Notes: a model not told the origin generated them from the sequence alone. 64,000 nt of DNA from an uncultured delta proteobacterium (GCA_963841435.1 CAWJCS010000003.1:1248001-1312000); one strand, 5' to 3'; shown: positions 9,824 to 23,048, counted from the first letter of the stretch. Program-made: numbers and translations.

Positions 9824-11365
9824 CTATATCGCGCCTTTCTCGCGAGATCCCACGGGCAGACTCACGACGAAGCGCGCCCCCTTGCCGCCGGGGCCCGGCT
9901 CGCAGGCGATGCTGCCCCCGTGCGCCAGCACGATGTGCTGCGTGATCGCCAGACCGAGCCCCGTCCCGTGAGTCTTGGTCGTGAAGAAGGGCTCGAACAG
10001 CCGCGCTTGCACGTCGGGCTTCAGGCCGGGACCATCGTCGTCCACGGTGATGACGACGAAGCGCTCGCCGTCGGCGCGAAGACCGATGCGTACGCCGCCA
10101 CCCTGCGGCATCGCGTCTCGGGCATTTTGCACGAGATTGAGCAAAACCTGCTTGACCTGCGCCTCGTCGCACGCGACCGCCGGCAGCTCGCCTTCGACGC
10201 TCACCGCGACACGAATGCCGCGTTGCTCGAGCTCGGGGCGCACGAACTCGACGGCTTCCTGGACGAGCGCCGGGATGTCCTCCGGCTCGCGCGCCTGCAG
10301 CTTGCTGCGTGCCACGGCCAGATACTGGCGACTCAGGCCCGAGAGGCGCTCGACCTCCTTGCCGATGGCACGAAACAGCGTCCGCGCCTCGACGTCACCC
10401 TCGGGGAGCTGCTCTTCGAGGAGCTCGAGGTTGAGCGCGATCGACGAGAGCGGATTGCGGATCTCGTGCGTCACGTGCGCGGCCATCTTGCCGATGGTCG
10501 CGAAGCGTTCGGCGGCGACGAGCTGCTCGTTGGCGCGCGCGATCGCAGCGACCATCTGCTCGAAGGTGCCGGCCAGCTCGCCGATCTCGTCGTCCGAGGC
10601 AACGGCCGTGCGGGGCTCGAGGTCGCCGCGAGCGACGGCGCGAGCCCGTTCGGTCACGGCCCCGAGCGGCCGGAGCACGCGCCGTGCATAAAACGCCATC
10701 AGCACGCCGACGAGCACCGTGAGCACCGAGAGCGCCACCAAAAGTCGAATCGCGAGCAGCTCGCGGGCGCTCGCGCGGTCGAGCAAGAGGTTGACGTGCC
10801 GCCGCATGTCCTGCTCGAGCCCTGCGAGACGCGAGGAAGCCTGCGACCCGCGCGTCACGAGCTCGTCGCGCAGGTGCTCGGCCGCGCTCACCTCGCCGCG
10901 ATCGAGCGTGGAGAAGAGCCGGTCGAGAAGCTCCGTGTCCTCCCCCACGAAGCGCTCGATGGCAGTCACCTGCTGCAAGAGATCGTTGCCGACCTGGCGA
11001 GTGCGCGCGTCACCCTGCGCGAGGAAGGCGCGCGTGATGTCGAGCCGGACGGCGTCGAACGCCCTCGGGCGCCCGACGCGAAGCGATACGTCGAACCACA
11101 CGTGGATGTCGGCGGGGTTCTTCGCGGCCGTGATGTGATTGAGCTGCGTGTTCCAGGTATCTTGCTTGGCGACGAGGTCGCGGACGGCAAGCGCGAGCGG
11201 GAAGTAGCCCGCGCGGACGAGCTGGGTTTCGCGCGCGGAGGAGCGCTGAGCGGAGAAGCTCCACCCCGCGACGGCCGCGAACGCCAGTGTCACGAGCGCG
11301 TACGAAGCGAGCACGCGCGCGGCAACGCTACGACGGAACGTCGTGGGGGACCGGCTGTCACCCAC
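9824..11365 (-). CDS. Membrane sensor histidine kinase (2 TM, HAMP, HisKA, HATPase)
   Basis: DEIGELA HAMP, HEIRNPL H-box, NARDA, DDGPG, GTGLGL; start at GTG 11365 overlapping the upstream stop (the track's 801-aa version is over-extended). Confidence 0.9.
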   Translation of the reverse strand: MGDSRSPTTFRRSVAARVLASYALVTLAFAAVAGWSFSAQRSSARETQLVRAGYFPLALAVRDLVAKQDTWNTQLNHITAAKNPADIHVWFDVSLRVGRPRAFDAVRLDITRAFLAQGDARTRQVGNDLLQQVTAIERFVGEDTELLDRLFSTLDRGEVSAAEHLRDELVTRGSQASSRLAGLEQDMRRHVNLLLDRASARELLAIRLLVALSVLTVLVGVLMAFYARRVLRPLGAVTERARAVARGDLEPRTAVASDDEIGELAGTFEQMVAAIARANEQLVAAERFATIGKMAAHVTHEIRNPLSSIALNLELLEEQLPEGDVEARTLFRAIGKEVERLSGLSRQYLAVARSKLQAREPEDIPALVQEAVEFVRPELEQRGIRVAVSVEGELPAVACDEAQVKQVLLNLVQNARDAMPQGGGVRIGLRADGERFVVITVDDDGPGLKPDVQARLFEPFFTTKTHGTGLGLAITQHIVLAHGGSIACEPGPGGKGARFVVSLPVGSREKGAI

Positions 11366-12413
11366 TCGAGAGGCTCCGGGAAAGCACGCTCGCGATATCG
11401 ACAACGCGCGCCCCCTGGACTCTGAGCCAGCCGAGGCTCGACGCGCACCCGGTGACGATGGTGCCGCCACCGAGCCGGTCGTGCTCGGAAAGGCGGTCGG
11501 CCGCAATGGCGCGCGCGGTGCGCGGCATCGCGAAGGGCAAGAGCGCGCCCGAGCCGGCGCAAACGCTGCCGCCTTCACGCCGCTCGAACTCGGCCACGGG
11601 CGCACCGAGCGCACGCTCGAGCACGACGCGCGGCTCGCGCACCACGCCGAGCCCGCGCGCGAGACGGCACGGGTCGTGCCAGCGAAAGATCCCCTCGGCC
11701 GAGAGCGCCGGCCGCAACCGCTCGGGATGCTCCGCGGCCGCCTCCACGAGCGTGCGCGCGCCCAGGCTCCTGAGCTCGAGCGCGCACCCGGCGTCGGCGA
11801 TGAGCAACCGCCGCCCGTCGAGCTCCCGCTCGAGCGCGAGACGCTCGGCTCGTGCGCGCTCGGGGTCGCCCGCCTCTCGCGAGCCGAGCCCACAGCAGCC
11901 GCCGAGCACTTCGACGGGTCCGAGCAGCGCGCGCGCAACGTGGAGCGCGTCGCTTGCTTCGGGCCCGGGCCGCGCGAGGTAGCCACAACCGACCAGGAGC
12001 GCGCTACCCGCACCCCGATCCCCGAGTCGCCGCGCCGCCGCCGCCGCTCGCTCCCGCCCCGCACGAAGCACGGCGTCGAGCCGTCGCGTGCGCTCCGGCA
12101 AAAGGCCGCGCGCGCGATAGGCCGCCCGTGCGTCAGCGAGCGTCTCGGCCACGGGATTCTCGTGGGCGCAGCGATCCCGACAGGCGAGACAGCCCGTGCA
12201 TGCCCAGGGAAGGGCCGCAAAATCGGCATCGGGCTCCACGTCGCCGCGCGCGGCGTACCAGGTGAACGTCATCTTGCCCCACGGGATCAGCGCCTCGCTC
12301 GCCTCGGCTTCGGACACGGGACAGGCCGAGCGACAGAGCTTCGGACAATAGCCGCACGTCTCGAGCGCCGCGCGCCGGTCCTCGAGCATGGCGAGGCGTC
12401 GAGGGCCGCTCAT
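11358..12413 (-). CDS. (Fe-S)-binding protein with ferredoxin-like motifs and Cys-rich (CCG) domains, GlpC/HdrD-like
   Basis: CGYCPKLCRSACP, CTGCLACRDRC, GGCCG, HDPC, TGCAS. Confidence 0.8.
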   Translation of the reverse strand: MSGPRRLAMLEDRRAALETCGYCPKLCRSACPVSEAEASEALIPWGKMTFTWYAARGDVEPDADFAALPWACTGCLACRDRCAHENPVAETLADARAAYRARGLLPERTRRLDAVLRAGRERAAAAARRLGDRGAGSALLVGCGYLARPGPEASDALHVARALLGPVEVLGGCCGLGSREAGDPERARAERLALERELDGRRLLIADAGCALELRSLGARTLVEAAAEHPERLRPALSAEGIFRWHDPCRLARGLGVVREPRVVLERALGAPVAEFERREGGSVCAGSGALLPFAMPRTARAIAADRLSEHDRLGGGTIVTGCASSLGWLRVQGARVVDIASVLSRSLSSG

Positions 12414-14245
12414 GACGGACCACCCGCCGGCGCCGGCTCCTTGAAGGCCGGGCCGGTGTCGGGCGGTGCCTGGGGCAGATGAAGCTCGAACGTCGCGCCT
12501 GCCGCGCTCGACCGCACCTCGACGCGGCCGCCGTGCTCCTCGACGATTTTCTTGACGATCGCCAGGCCGAGTCCCGTTCCATCGCGCTTGCCGGACGTTA
12601 CGAAGGAATGAAAAATCCTATCTTCGATCTCTGCAGGAATGCCCGGGCCGGTGTCGCTCACCTTGATCAAGAGCTCGCCGGTGCCGAGCGTGGCTTGCAC
12701 GACGAGGGTCCCGCCCTTTTGTCCCATTGCCTCGATGGCGTTGCGCGCCAGGTTGTGAATGGCGCGAGCGATGCGCGCTTCGTCGAAACGCGCCACGACC
12801 TTCGGACCGACCGAGAACTCGACCTTGATCGGCAAACCTTCGATCTCGAGCGCGACTTGGCGCTCGAGCTCACCGAAGAACTTCTTCAGGTACACGCGCC
12901 GCACGAAAATAGAGCTTTTGCCCCGTGCAAATTCGAGCACTTCGCGCTGCATCGACGAGAGCACGTCGAACTGCTTCAGGATGAGCTCGCAGTACTCCTG
13001 ACGCGCTACGCGATCGTCCGAGTCGACCATGAGCTGGACGGAGCCGCTGATGACGGTCATCGGCGTCTTGAAGTCGTGAATCACCTGAGAGAGAAGCCGA
13101 CCGATCAACGTCAGCCGTTCGCCGAGCTCTCGGGCGCGGCTGGCGTTGAAGAGTCGGAGGGCCGTGGAGACGTTGGCTGCGACGAGGCGCACGAGCCCCA
13201 CGTCGGCTTCCCCCAGGCGGCGCTCGTCCGGGCTCGTAAACAGTGCGAGCGCGCCCACGGCCTCGCGCTCGCCCTCGAGCGGGATCGCGATCACGGAGGC
13301 CACGGGGAACGGGTAGGCGGCGTCGGCGCGCGCATCGCCCACGGCGTTCTCGACGAGCAGCGGCTCGCCCGACACCATGGCCGCCCCCAGGAAGCCCACG
13401 CCCGCTTTGGCCGCCCGGCGGCGCGGCGGGTCCGATTGCTCGCGATCGAACAGGCGCTCGACGAGGTCGCCCGTTTCCTCGTCGGCGATGAGCAGCCCGC
13501 CGCCGCGAGCGTCGCTCGCGCGTGTCACTTGTTCGAGCGTCGCGCGGGCGAGCTCGTCGATGCTACCGGCGCGAGCCGTCGCTCGCTCGAGCTCGAACAA
13601 TAGCGAAAGCTCGCGAAACTTTCGCTCGAGCTGCTCCTTGGTGTCGAGGAGCTGCTTGTTCTTCTGGATGAGCGAGAGCACGAGCCGGGAATTGTCGATC
13701 GCGACGGCCGCCTGCGTGCCGAGTGCGCCGAGGATCGATTCGTCGTCGTCGGTGAAACCTCGGCCGCCCCGCTTGTTCAGCACCTGGAGCACACCGATGA
13801 TCCGCCCCACGTGATTTTTCAGTGGCGCCGCCAGCATGCTCGTCGTCCGGTGCCCGGCGAGAAGGTCCCATTCCTTCTCGAAGCGCGGATCCTCGTAGGC
13901 GTCCTCGACCCGGAGTGGCTCCCCCGTCTGGGCCACGAGCCCGACGATGCCGTGCCCCACTTTCATGCGAATCGACCGGACCTCGCTGCCAGCGACGATC
14001 TTCGAAACCAGCTCGTCCCGGGCCTCGTCGAGCAAATACAGCGTGGCGCGATCCGCCTCGACGAGCTCGGTGAGCCTCGCCAGAATCAGCTCCAGAAGCT
14101 CGTCGAGGTCGATGGTCGTGCCGAGGGCGGTTCCAACGTCACGCAAAGCCCGCGATACACGTCGCTCGCGACGCAGAGCCTCCGCAAGGCGCGCCGCCGC
14201 ATCGTCGCCGAGCGACGCCTTTTCCGGCGGTGCCTCGCTGCTCAC
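12410..14245 (-). CDS. Cytoplasmic double-GAF histidine kinase
   Basis: Two GAF domains (VLQVLNKRGG..FTDDDE), HDFKTPM H-box, NAIEA, DTGPG, GTGLGL. Confidence 0.9.
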   Translation of the reverse strand: MSSEAPPEKASLGDDAAARLAEALRRERRVSRALRDVGTALGTTIDLDELLELILARLTELVEADRATLYLLDEARDELVSKIVAGSEVRSIRMKVGHGIVGLVAQTGEPLRVEDAYEDPRFEKEWDLLAGHRTTSMLAAPLKNHVGRIIGVLQVLNKRGGRGFTDDDESILGALGTQAAVAIDNSRLVLSLIQKNKQLLDTKEQLERKFRELSLLFELERATARAGSIDELARATLEQVTRASDARGGGLLIADEETGDLVERLFDREQSDPPRRRAAKAGVGFLGAAMVSGEPLLVENAVGDARADAAYPFPVASVIAIPLEGEREAVGALALFTSPDERRLGEADVGLVRLVAANVSTALRLFNASRARELGERLTLIGRLLSQVIHDFKTPMTVISGSVQLMVDSDDRVARQEYCELILKQFDVLSSMQREVLEFARGKSSIFVRRVYLKKFFGELERQVALEIEGLPIKVEFSVGPKVVARFDEARIARAIHNLARNAIEAMGQKGGTLVVQATLGTGELLIKVSDTGPGIPAEIEDRIFHSFVTSGKRDGTGLGLAIVKKIVEEHGGRVEVRSSAAGATFELHLPQAPPDTGPAFKEPAPAGGPS

Positions 14246-14359
14246 GGCCTGATCGAATCACGAACGCGGGCGCGAATCCAGGCTCCCCACCGTGCTCCGA
14301 GCGGAGCGAGCGCTCCGGTTGCACGCGCGCGACGCGTTCGGTACTGATCCTTCGAATCA

Positions 14360-14638
14360 ATGGCTTTGAAACAGCTTCAGCTCACGGTGCGGGGACGAGT
14401 GCAGGGCGTCTACTTTCGCGCGTCGGCCCAGCGCGAGGCGCGGCGCCTGGGGCTCACGGGGTGGGTGAAGAACCGCGCGGACGGGTCGGTCGACATTCTC
14501 GCCGAAGGCGAAGAGATCCCGATTCGCGAGCTCTACGGCTGGGCACAAAAGGGTCCGGGTGCGGCTCGCGTCGATCGTGTCGAGTCGCGCTGGCGCAGCT
14601 TCACGGGCGAGTTCCCGGATTTTCGAATCCTGGATTGA
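14360..14638 (+). CDS. acyP: Acylphosphatase
   Basis: VRGRVQGVYFR, GLTGWVKNRADGSV. Confidence 0.93.
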   Translation: MALKQLQLTVRGRVQGVYFRASAQREARRLGLTGWVKNRADGSVDILAEGEEIPIRELYGWAQKGPGAARVDRVESRWRSFTGEFPDFRILD

Positions 14639-16176
14639 TGACTGCGAACGCGCGCCGTCTGCCAGCCGTCGCCGCGCTGGCTCTGCTGCTCGGCGCCGCC
14701 GGCAGCGCGCGCGCCGAGCCGGCGTCCGCCGCATCCGCCGCGGCCGTGGCGGCGCCCGGACAGCACGAGCTTCCCGAGTTACCACGCGTCCCCTCGCGCG
14801 AACCCAAGGTGCCGTCGGAGACGGACGTCGCCGACGTGGACGACATCGTTTCACGCGTCACGGGTGACGACGCCGCCAAGCGCGAGGACGGGGTGCGCCG
14901 CATCGTCGAGCTCACGCCGCGCGTCGTGTGGGCCGTCCGGCGCCGGCTCGAAGGCATCGCGAGCAAGGCCGACAAGGAAGCGATGAAGCGCCTGCTCGGC
15001 GAGATCCGGAAGCGCGAAAAGAACGCGCACGACGACGAGGCGGACGATGCCGAGGCGCGCGATCGCGACATCGATTACCTGGATTTCGTGCTCAAACGCG
15101 CACGCCCGAACGACGAAACCTGGCGCAACCTCGCCGCGACGCTCGCGCTGCGCCGCATGCTCGAGACGCTCGCCACGACCCCGGCCGCGCGCGGCATCGT
15201 CGAGGTCTACGTGCGCTTCGGTGACTTCCTGCGCGTCGATACGCAGCGGGCGCTCGCTCGTCTCGGCGATCGTGCCGTACCGGCCTTGATCGAGGCGCGC
15301 CGCCACCCGGCCGAAAAGATCGCGCGCTGGGCCGCGCGGCAGCTCGACGCGCTCGGTCGCTCGACGCCCGGTCAGGCCGCGCAGATCGCGGATCCTCTGG
15401 TCCAGGCCGACGTGCTTCGAGCCTGGGGCTACACGCGCGACCTCGACGCCGCGAGCATCATCGTGAGCTTCGCGGGCAGCGAACGCGCGCAACTGCGCGA
15501 AGCCGCGCGGCAGGCCGTCGCGATGCTCGGCGAGGCCGGCCACTGGCAGCTCCGGGAAGCGTACGAGAACGTCGTCGGCAAGCGAGCGGCACGCGACTGG
15601 ACGTGGGAGCGCACGGCGCGCGAGCTGTTCGGTCAGCTCGACCGGCTGAGGCGCGTCGAGGTCGAGGAGCGCTTCGATAGCGGGCTCAAAGCCCAGGCGG
15701 CCGGCGATCTCGACGCGATGCGGGCCTCGTTCGACGACGTGCTGGCGCGCGCCCCGTTCTTCCAGCGTGCCGACGAAATGGTCGGCGGCTACTGGGAATA
15801 CGGCAAGCGCCACGCCGACGATCGGCCGGCGGACGCGCTCACGGCGCTCCGCCGCGCAGAGCGGCTCAGCCGCGGCGCGACCCACCACGATCGCATCGAG
15901 AGCCTGGCGCTCACGCTCGAGTGGGAGCGCCTCGCCGCCGCTGGCGTCGTCGATCGTCACCTGCTCGTGCGCGCGCTCGAGCTCGACCCGAAGAATGCGC
16001 GCGCGCGGGAGGCCGAAGCCGGCCTCACGAAGCCGATCGCCGAGCTCGACCGCAAGCGCCGCTACGGGATCGCCTTCGCGATCGTGCTCGCGGGCCTGCT
16101 CGGCGTGCTCGGCGTGCTCTTCGGACCGTGGGTCTTGCGGCGATTTCAGCGTCGCGTCGCGTCGGACGAGTCGTGA
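14638..16176 (+). CDS. Exported helical (HEAT/TPR-like) protein with C-terminal membrane anchor
   Basis: ATG overlapping the acyP stop; signal peptide; HEAT-like ALARLGDRAVPALIEA; C-terminal TM followed by a basic tail. Confidence 0.6.
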   Translation: MTANARRLPAVAALALLLGAAGSARAEPASAASAAAVAAPGQHELPELPRVPSREPKVPSETDVADVDDIVSRVTGDDAAKREDGVRRIVELTPRVVWAVRRRLEGIASKADKEAMKRLLGEIRKREKNAHDDEADDAEARDRDIDYLDFVLKRARPNDETWRNLAATLALRRMLETLATTPAARGIVEVYVRFGDFLRVDTQRALARLGDRAVPALIEARRHPAEKIARWAARQLDALGRSTPGQAAQIADPLVQADVLRAWGYTRDLDAASIIVSFAGSERAQLREAARQAVAMLGEAGHWQLREAYENVVGKRAARDWTWERTARELFGQLDRLRRVEVEERFDSGLKAQAAGDLDAMRASFDDVLARAPFFQRADEMVGGYWEYGKRHADDRPADALTALRRAERLSRGATHHDRIESLALTLEWERLAAAGVVDRHLLVRALELDPKNARAREAEAGLTKPIAELDRKRRYGIAFAIVLAGLLGVLGVLFGPWVLRRFQRRVASDES

Positions 16177-16203
16177 GCCTTCGGCCGTCGCGGCCGCGCC
16201 GAC

Positions 16204-16857
16204 TTACTCGTCCTTCGGCTTGGCCGTCTTCTTCGCGCGCTTGGCGGCGGGCTTCTCGCCCTCGTCGGCCTTCTTGTCGGTGGCTTGCGCCTTCTTCTCC
16301 GCGGCGGCCTCCGCCTTCTTGCCTTCGGTCTTCTTGCCGGGCTCGGCCTTGGCCTTCTTGCCGTCCTTTTTGGCCTCGCCCGCGGGTGCGGCACCCGACG
16401 CTTGAGCGCCGAGCTCCACGAACTCGATGAGCGACATCGGCGCGTTGTCGCCGCGACGACGACCGAGCTTCACGATGCGCGTGTACCCACCCGGCCGATC
16501 CCGGAAGCGCCGCGCCAGGTCGAGAAATACCTTCTCGATGAGATCGACGCGCCTGAGCTCACCGCCCGGGGCGCTGACGGTCGCGAAGCGCCTCAGGAAG
16601 CGACCGACGCGCTGTTGCGCGGCGAGGCGGCGCGCGCGATCCGCAACACCGAGGTCAGCCTGGGGCGTGTACGCCACGGGGCCCAGGCGAATGGCGCGCG
16701 TGATCAAGCGCTCCGCGACGCGCCGAAGCTCCTTCGCCTTGGCGTCCGTGGTCTCGATCCGCTCGTTGGCGACCAGGTTCGCCGTGAGCCCCCGGAACAT
16801 GGCGCGGCGATGGCTGGTGTTGCGGCTGAATTGCCGCCCGGATTTCTTGTGTCGCAT
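16204..16857 (-). CDS. rplQ: 50S ribosomal protein L17 with internal insertion and Lys/Ala/Glu-rich tail
   Basis: [12 protein letters not shown]...[12 protein letters not shown]...[19 protein letters not shown]. Confidence 0.95.
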   Translation of the reverse strand: MRHKKSGRQFSRNTSHRRAMFRGLTANLVANERIETTDAKAKELRRVAERLITRAIRLGPVAYTPQADLGVADRARRLAAQQRVGRFLRRFATVSAPGGELRRVDLIEKVFLDLARRFRDRPGGYTRIVKLGRRRGDNAPMSLIEFVELGAQASGAAPAGEAKKDGKKAKAEPGKKTEGKKAEAAAEKKAQATDKKADEGEKPAAKRAKKTAKPKDE

Positions 16858-16860
16858 CGG

Positions 16861-17890
<1,030 letters not shown>

Positions 17891-17995
17891 GCTGTGCTCT
17901 CCTTCTTTTTTCCGGGGTGATCGCGCGGCCGTCCCGGCCCGGTGAGGAACCCGCTCCTCGATCCGGTGCCCGCGGCCTGCCCGCAAGTGACTCTA

Positions 17996-18627
<632 letters not shown>

Positions 18628-18646
18628 GGCGTAAAGCTTCCTGACA

Positions 18647-19066
<420 letters not shown>

Positions 19067-19086
19067 GCTCTAGCTCCTCGTGCGGC

Positions 19087-19457
19087 TCAGCCCGCGCGGC
19101 GCGCGAGGTTCTTGCGCGGACCCTTGCGCGTGCGCGCGTTGGTGTGAGTGCGCTGCCCGCGCACGGGGAGACCCTTGCGGTGACGGAGCCCGCGGTAGCA
19201 GCCGAGGTCCATCAGGCGCTTGATGTTCTGCTGGACCTCGCGGCGCAGGTCGCCTTCGACCTTGAAGTTCGCGTCGATGGCATCGCGGATCGCCTTCACG
19301 TCGGCGTCGGTCAGCTCGTCCACCTTCTTGTGCTCGGGGATCTTCGCGAGCGTCGCAGAGCTCGCGAGCCGTCGCTGGACCGATCCCGTAGATGTACGGG
19401 AAGCGCGAAGGCGATGGCCTTGCGGCGGGGAAGATCGACACCGGCAATACGAGCCAT
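19087..19457 (-). CDS. rpsM: 30S ribosomal protein S13 (apparent frameshifts)
   Basis: [25 protein letters not shown]...[26 protein letters not shown] spread over frames. Confidence 0.94.
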
Positions 19458-19465
19458 GACTCTCC

Positions 19466-19579
19466 TCAGCCTTGGCGCTGCTTGTGGCGCGGGTTCGTGC
19501 AGATGATGCGCACGACGCCTTTGCGCCGCACGATCTTGCACTTGTCGCAGATCTTCTTGACGCTCGGTCGTACCTTCAT
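19466..19579 (-). CDS. rpmJ: 50S ribosomal protein L36 (Zn-binding form)
   Basis: Manual translation [37 protein letters not shown]; below the track length cutoff. Confidence 0.96.
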   Translation of the reverse strand: MKVRPSVKKICDKCKIVRRKGVVRIICTNPRHKQRQG

Positions 19580-19818
19580 GGTCCGCTTCCTTCAGGGAGC
19601 TTCTCGACAATCTGGCCTCGGCTCGGGTCGCGGGACGCGATGTCCACCCTGACCTTGCTACCGGCGATGAGCCTCACGACCGCGTGCCGGAGGCGTGGGG
19701 CCATGCCGGCCAACACCTCGCGACCATCGCTCGAGTCGCACTCGAAAGAGCGCGCCTGGGAGCACTTCTTCCACCGTTCCGATTCCAGAGTCCTTCGTGC
19801 TTGCCTCCGTGCTCTCAT
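19576..19818 (-). CDS. infA: Divergent translation initiation factor IF-1-like protein (apparent frameshifts)
   Basis: Position between adk and rpmJ; joined frames give [57 protein letters not shown], matching the IF-1 layout. Confidence 0.7.
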   Translation of the reverse strand: MRARRQARRTLESERWKKCSQARSFECDSSDGREVLAGMAPRLRHAVVRLIAGSKVRVDIASRDPSRGQIVEKLPEGSGP

Positions 19819-20450
19819 GTCGAGAGCCCGAGCGCACCGAGCACGCGGGCCGTCACTCCTCGGGTTCTCCCACCCCGTCGACCCGGCTGAGGACGCCCAG
19901 CCGATCGTAGTAGGGCAGGAGCGCGGCCGTGATGCGCGTCGTACTGATCGAGACGCTTTTTGACCGTTTCCTCCCGGTCGTCGGCCCGATGTTCGAGATC
20001 GGCGTCCGGGGGCGGGGGACTGTACTTTAGGTGGTAGATTTGTCCAGTTCGTTTGTCCGTGCGCCGGAGGGTGGTCCGCTCGATCAAAAGGTCCCTGAGG
20101 AACGTCGATTTGCAGTACCCGGCCGAGCGGCCGATCCAGGCGCTCGAGCAGCGCGCCGAGGGCGTCCGCCTGGGCGACGGTGCGCGGGAAGCCGTCGAGA
20201 ATGAACCCGGCCTTCGCATCCGGCTCGGCCAGCCGTTCCTCGACCAAGCCGATCACCACGGAGTCCGGGACGAGCTTTCCAGCGTCCATGTAGCTCTTGG
20301 CCTCGAGGCCGAGCCGGTGCCCGCCGCGCGGTGGCCGCGCGCAGCATGTCGCCCGGTCGAGATCTGCGGGACTGTGAAGCTTGTCCGACGAGCACGGCTG
20401 CCTGCGTGCCCTTGCCGCTGCCGGGGGGCCCGAGCAGAACGATGTCTCAC
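19815..20450 (-). CDS. adk: Adenylate kinase (several apparent frameshifts)
   Basis: [56 protein letters not shown] across frames. Confidence 0.9.
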
Positions 20451-21782
20451 GCAGGCCCTCCGCCCGCTCAGCCGCGTCATGCGCGGACCGGTGAGCCCTT
20501 CGTAGCTGCGCGTGATGAGGTGCGCCTCGATCTGATTGACCGTCTCGAGCGCGACACCGACCACGATCATCAGGCTCGTGCCGCCGAACTGGAACGGGAA
20601 CGCGGAAGCTGAGTCGCGATGACCGTCGGGACGATGCAGATGGCGGCGATGTAGATCGAGCCGCCGACGGTGAGGCGCGTGAGCACGCGATCGATGTACT
20701 CGGCCGTCTGCTTGCCGGGTCGGATGCCCGGGATGTTCGCCTGCTGCTTCTTCAGGTTCTCGGCGACGTCGACCGGCTGGAACGTGACCGCCGTGTAGAA
20801 GAACGTGAAGAAGATGATGAGCACCGCGAAGAGGGTGTGGAACATCCAGTCGCCGCGGTTCAGGTGCGAGCTGAAGGTGGCCATGCCCGGGATGTTGAAG
20901 TTCGCGAGCGTCGCCGGGAACATCAGCAGGCTCGAAGCGAAGATGGGCGGGATCATGCTCGCCATGTTCACCTTGAGCGGCAGGTGAGCGCGCTGCCCGC
21001 CGTACACGTGGCGCCCCACCTGGCGACGCGAGTACTGGATCGGGATCCGGCGCTGGGCGCGCTCGAAGAACACGACGATGCCGATGCTGACGACGAGCAC
21101 GGCCGTGAGCAGCGCGACCGTCAGGGGCTGCATGTCGCCGGCGTGGCCCTGCCAGTAGTTCATCAGCCCCGCGGGGATGCCGCTCACGATGCCGGCGAAG
21201 ATGATCAGCGAGATGCCGTTGCCGATGCCGCGCTCGGTCGCCTGCTCGCCGAGCCACATCAAGAGGCCCGTGCCCGTCGTTAGCGTCACGATGGTCATCA
21301 GGCGGAAGCCCCAGCCCGGCTCGCCCACGACGTCGCCGAAGCGACCGCCACCCATGTCCGAGTTGTTCATGCCCTCGAGCATCATCGCCACGCCGAACGC
21401 CTGGAAGATGCTGAGGAGCGATCGTGCCGTAGCGCGTCCACTGATCGAGCTTGCGGCGGCCCGCTTCGCCCTCTTTCCGCAGCTCTTCGACCTGCTTGCT
21501 GACGAGGCCGAGGAGCTGGAAGATGATGCTGGCGGACACGTACGGCATGATGCCGAGCGCGAAGATCGACAGATTGCCGAGCGCGCCGCCCGAGAACAGG
21601 TTGAACAGGCCGAGCAAGCCGCCCTGCCCCTTCACGATGTTCTGCATCACGCTGCGATCGACACCCGGCGTCGTGATGAAGATCCCGACGCGGTAGATCG
21701 CGATCATGGCGAGGGTGAAACCGATGCGGCGCCGGAGCTCCGGCACCTTGCCGATGTTCGTGAACCCTTCGAGTGCGGCCAT
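20447..21782 (-). CDS. secY: Preprotein translocase SecY (apparent frameshifts near 21420 and 20610)
   Basis: [58 protein letters not shown]. Confidence 0.95.
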
Positions 21783-21796
21783 GGCAGCTGCCCGGC

Positions 21797-22279
21797 CTAG
21801 TGTTCTGAGTCCGCGGCCTGCCCAGGCGCGGGGAGGACGACCACGCTGCCGCCCGCCTTCTCGATCTTCTGTTTGGCGCTCTCCGAGAAGCCGTGTGCGG
21901 ACACCGTCAGCTTCTTCGTGAGGTCGCCCTCGCCGAGGATCTTCACGCGCACGCCACGGCCCTGCACGAGCCGCGCGGCGCGGAGGGCCGCCTCGTCGAC
22001 GGTGGCGCCCGAGTCGAAACGCTCGAGCTCGCTGACGTTGACCGCCGCGGTGTGCACCGGGAAGGGCACGCGGAAGCCGCGCTTGGGCAAGCGGCGCTGG
22101 ATGGGCGTCTGCCCGCCCTGGAAGTGCAGCTTGCCGATGTTGCCGCCGCTGCGGGCCTTCTGGCCCTTCGTGCCGCGACCGCAGGTCTTGCCGAGGCCGC
22201 TGCCGATGCCGCGCCCGACTCGCTTCTCGTTGTGGCGTGCGCCCTCGGGCGGCGTCAGCCGTGAAAGCACGTTGCTCAC
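21797..22279 (-). CDS. rplO: 50S ribosomal protein L15
   Basis: [25 protein letters not shown]...[15 protein letters not shown]; start at GTG 22279. Confidence 0.95.
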   Translation of the reverse strand: MSNVLSRLTPPEGARHNEKRVGRGIGSGLGKTCGRGTKGQKARSGGNIGKLHFQGGQTPIQRRLPKRGFRVPFPVHTAAVNVSELERFDSGATVDEAALRAARLVQGRGVRVKILGEGDLTKKLTVSAHGFSESAKQKIEKAGGSVVVLPAPGQAADSEH

Positions 22280-22473
22280 GATTCGACCTCCTCGACGCTC
22301 ACGAGGTGCAAAACTTTCTTGATCATGCCGCGGAAAGACGGCGTGTTGTCGACGACCACCGTCGAGCCGGGCCCGCGCAGGCCGAGGCCCTTGATGACGC
22401 GGTGCTGCGGGTGCGGGCGGCCGATCGTGCTGACCCGCTGGCGCACCTGGAGCCGGACCTTTTCGGCCATCAC
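22276..22473 (-). CDS. rpmD: 50S ribosomal protein L30
   Basis: STIGR...GLGLR...[17 protein letters not shown]. Confidence 0.93.
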   Translation of the reverse strand: MMAEKVRLQVRQRVSTIGRPHPQHRVIKGLGLRGPGSTVVVDNTPSFRGMIKKVLHLVSVEEVES

Positions 22474-23048
22474 TCGTTACCTCCGACGTGCGTTCCGGCG
22501 ACGATCGAGGCCGCCGTGTTCGCGCGCGACGAGGCCACGGCGACCGGATAGTCGCCCGCGACGTCTTCCACGCTACGGCCGCGCGACGCAGCCACGAGCT
22601 CGGGCGAGCGCAGACGGCGAAGCGCGTCCACCGTCGCGTGCACGGCGTTGTACTTGTTGGACGAGCCGAGACACTTGCTGAGCACGTCGTGGATGCCCGC
22701 CGACTCGACGACGGCGCGCACGGCGCCGCCGGCGATGACGCCCGTACCGGGTGCGGCGGGCCGCAGCAGCACACGGCCGGAGCCGAAGTGGCCCGTCACG
22801 TCGTGCGGCACGGTGGAGCCGATCATGGGCACGCGGAACAGGTTCTTGCGCGCCTGGTCGTTGCCCTTGCGGATGGCCTCCGGCACCTCGTTCGCCTTGC
22901 CCAGTCCGACGCCGACGTGGCCGGACTCGTCGCCCACGACGACGAGCGCCGAAAAGCTGAAGCGGCGCCCGCCCTTGACGACCTTCGCCACGCGATTGAT
23001 GTGAATCACGCGTTCCTTGAGCTTTTCCTCGTCGATATTGTGGTCCAT
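22470..23048 (-). CDS. rpsE: 30S ribosomal protein S5
   Basis: [36 protein letters not shown]. Confidence 0.97.
   Translation of the reverse strand: MDHNIDEEKLKERVIHINRVAKVVKGGRRFSFSALVVVGDESGHVGVGLGKANEVPEAIRKGNDQARKNLFRVPMIGSTVPHDVTGHFGSGRVLLRPAAPGTGVIAGGAVRAVVESAGIHDVLSKCLGSSNKYNAVHATVDALRRLRSPELVAASRGRSVEDVAGDYPVAVASSRANTAASIVAGTHVGGNE

Noticed and set aside
9824-12229. 801-aa kinase with a long N-terminal extension
   Set aside because: The extension overlaps the Fe-S gene in another frame; the kinase plausibly starts at 11365.
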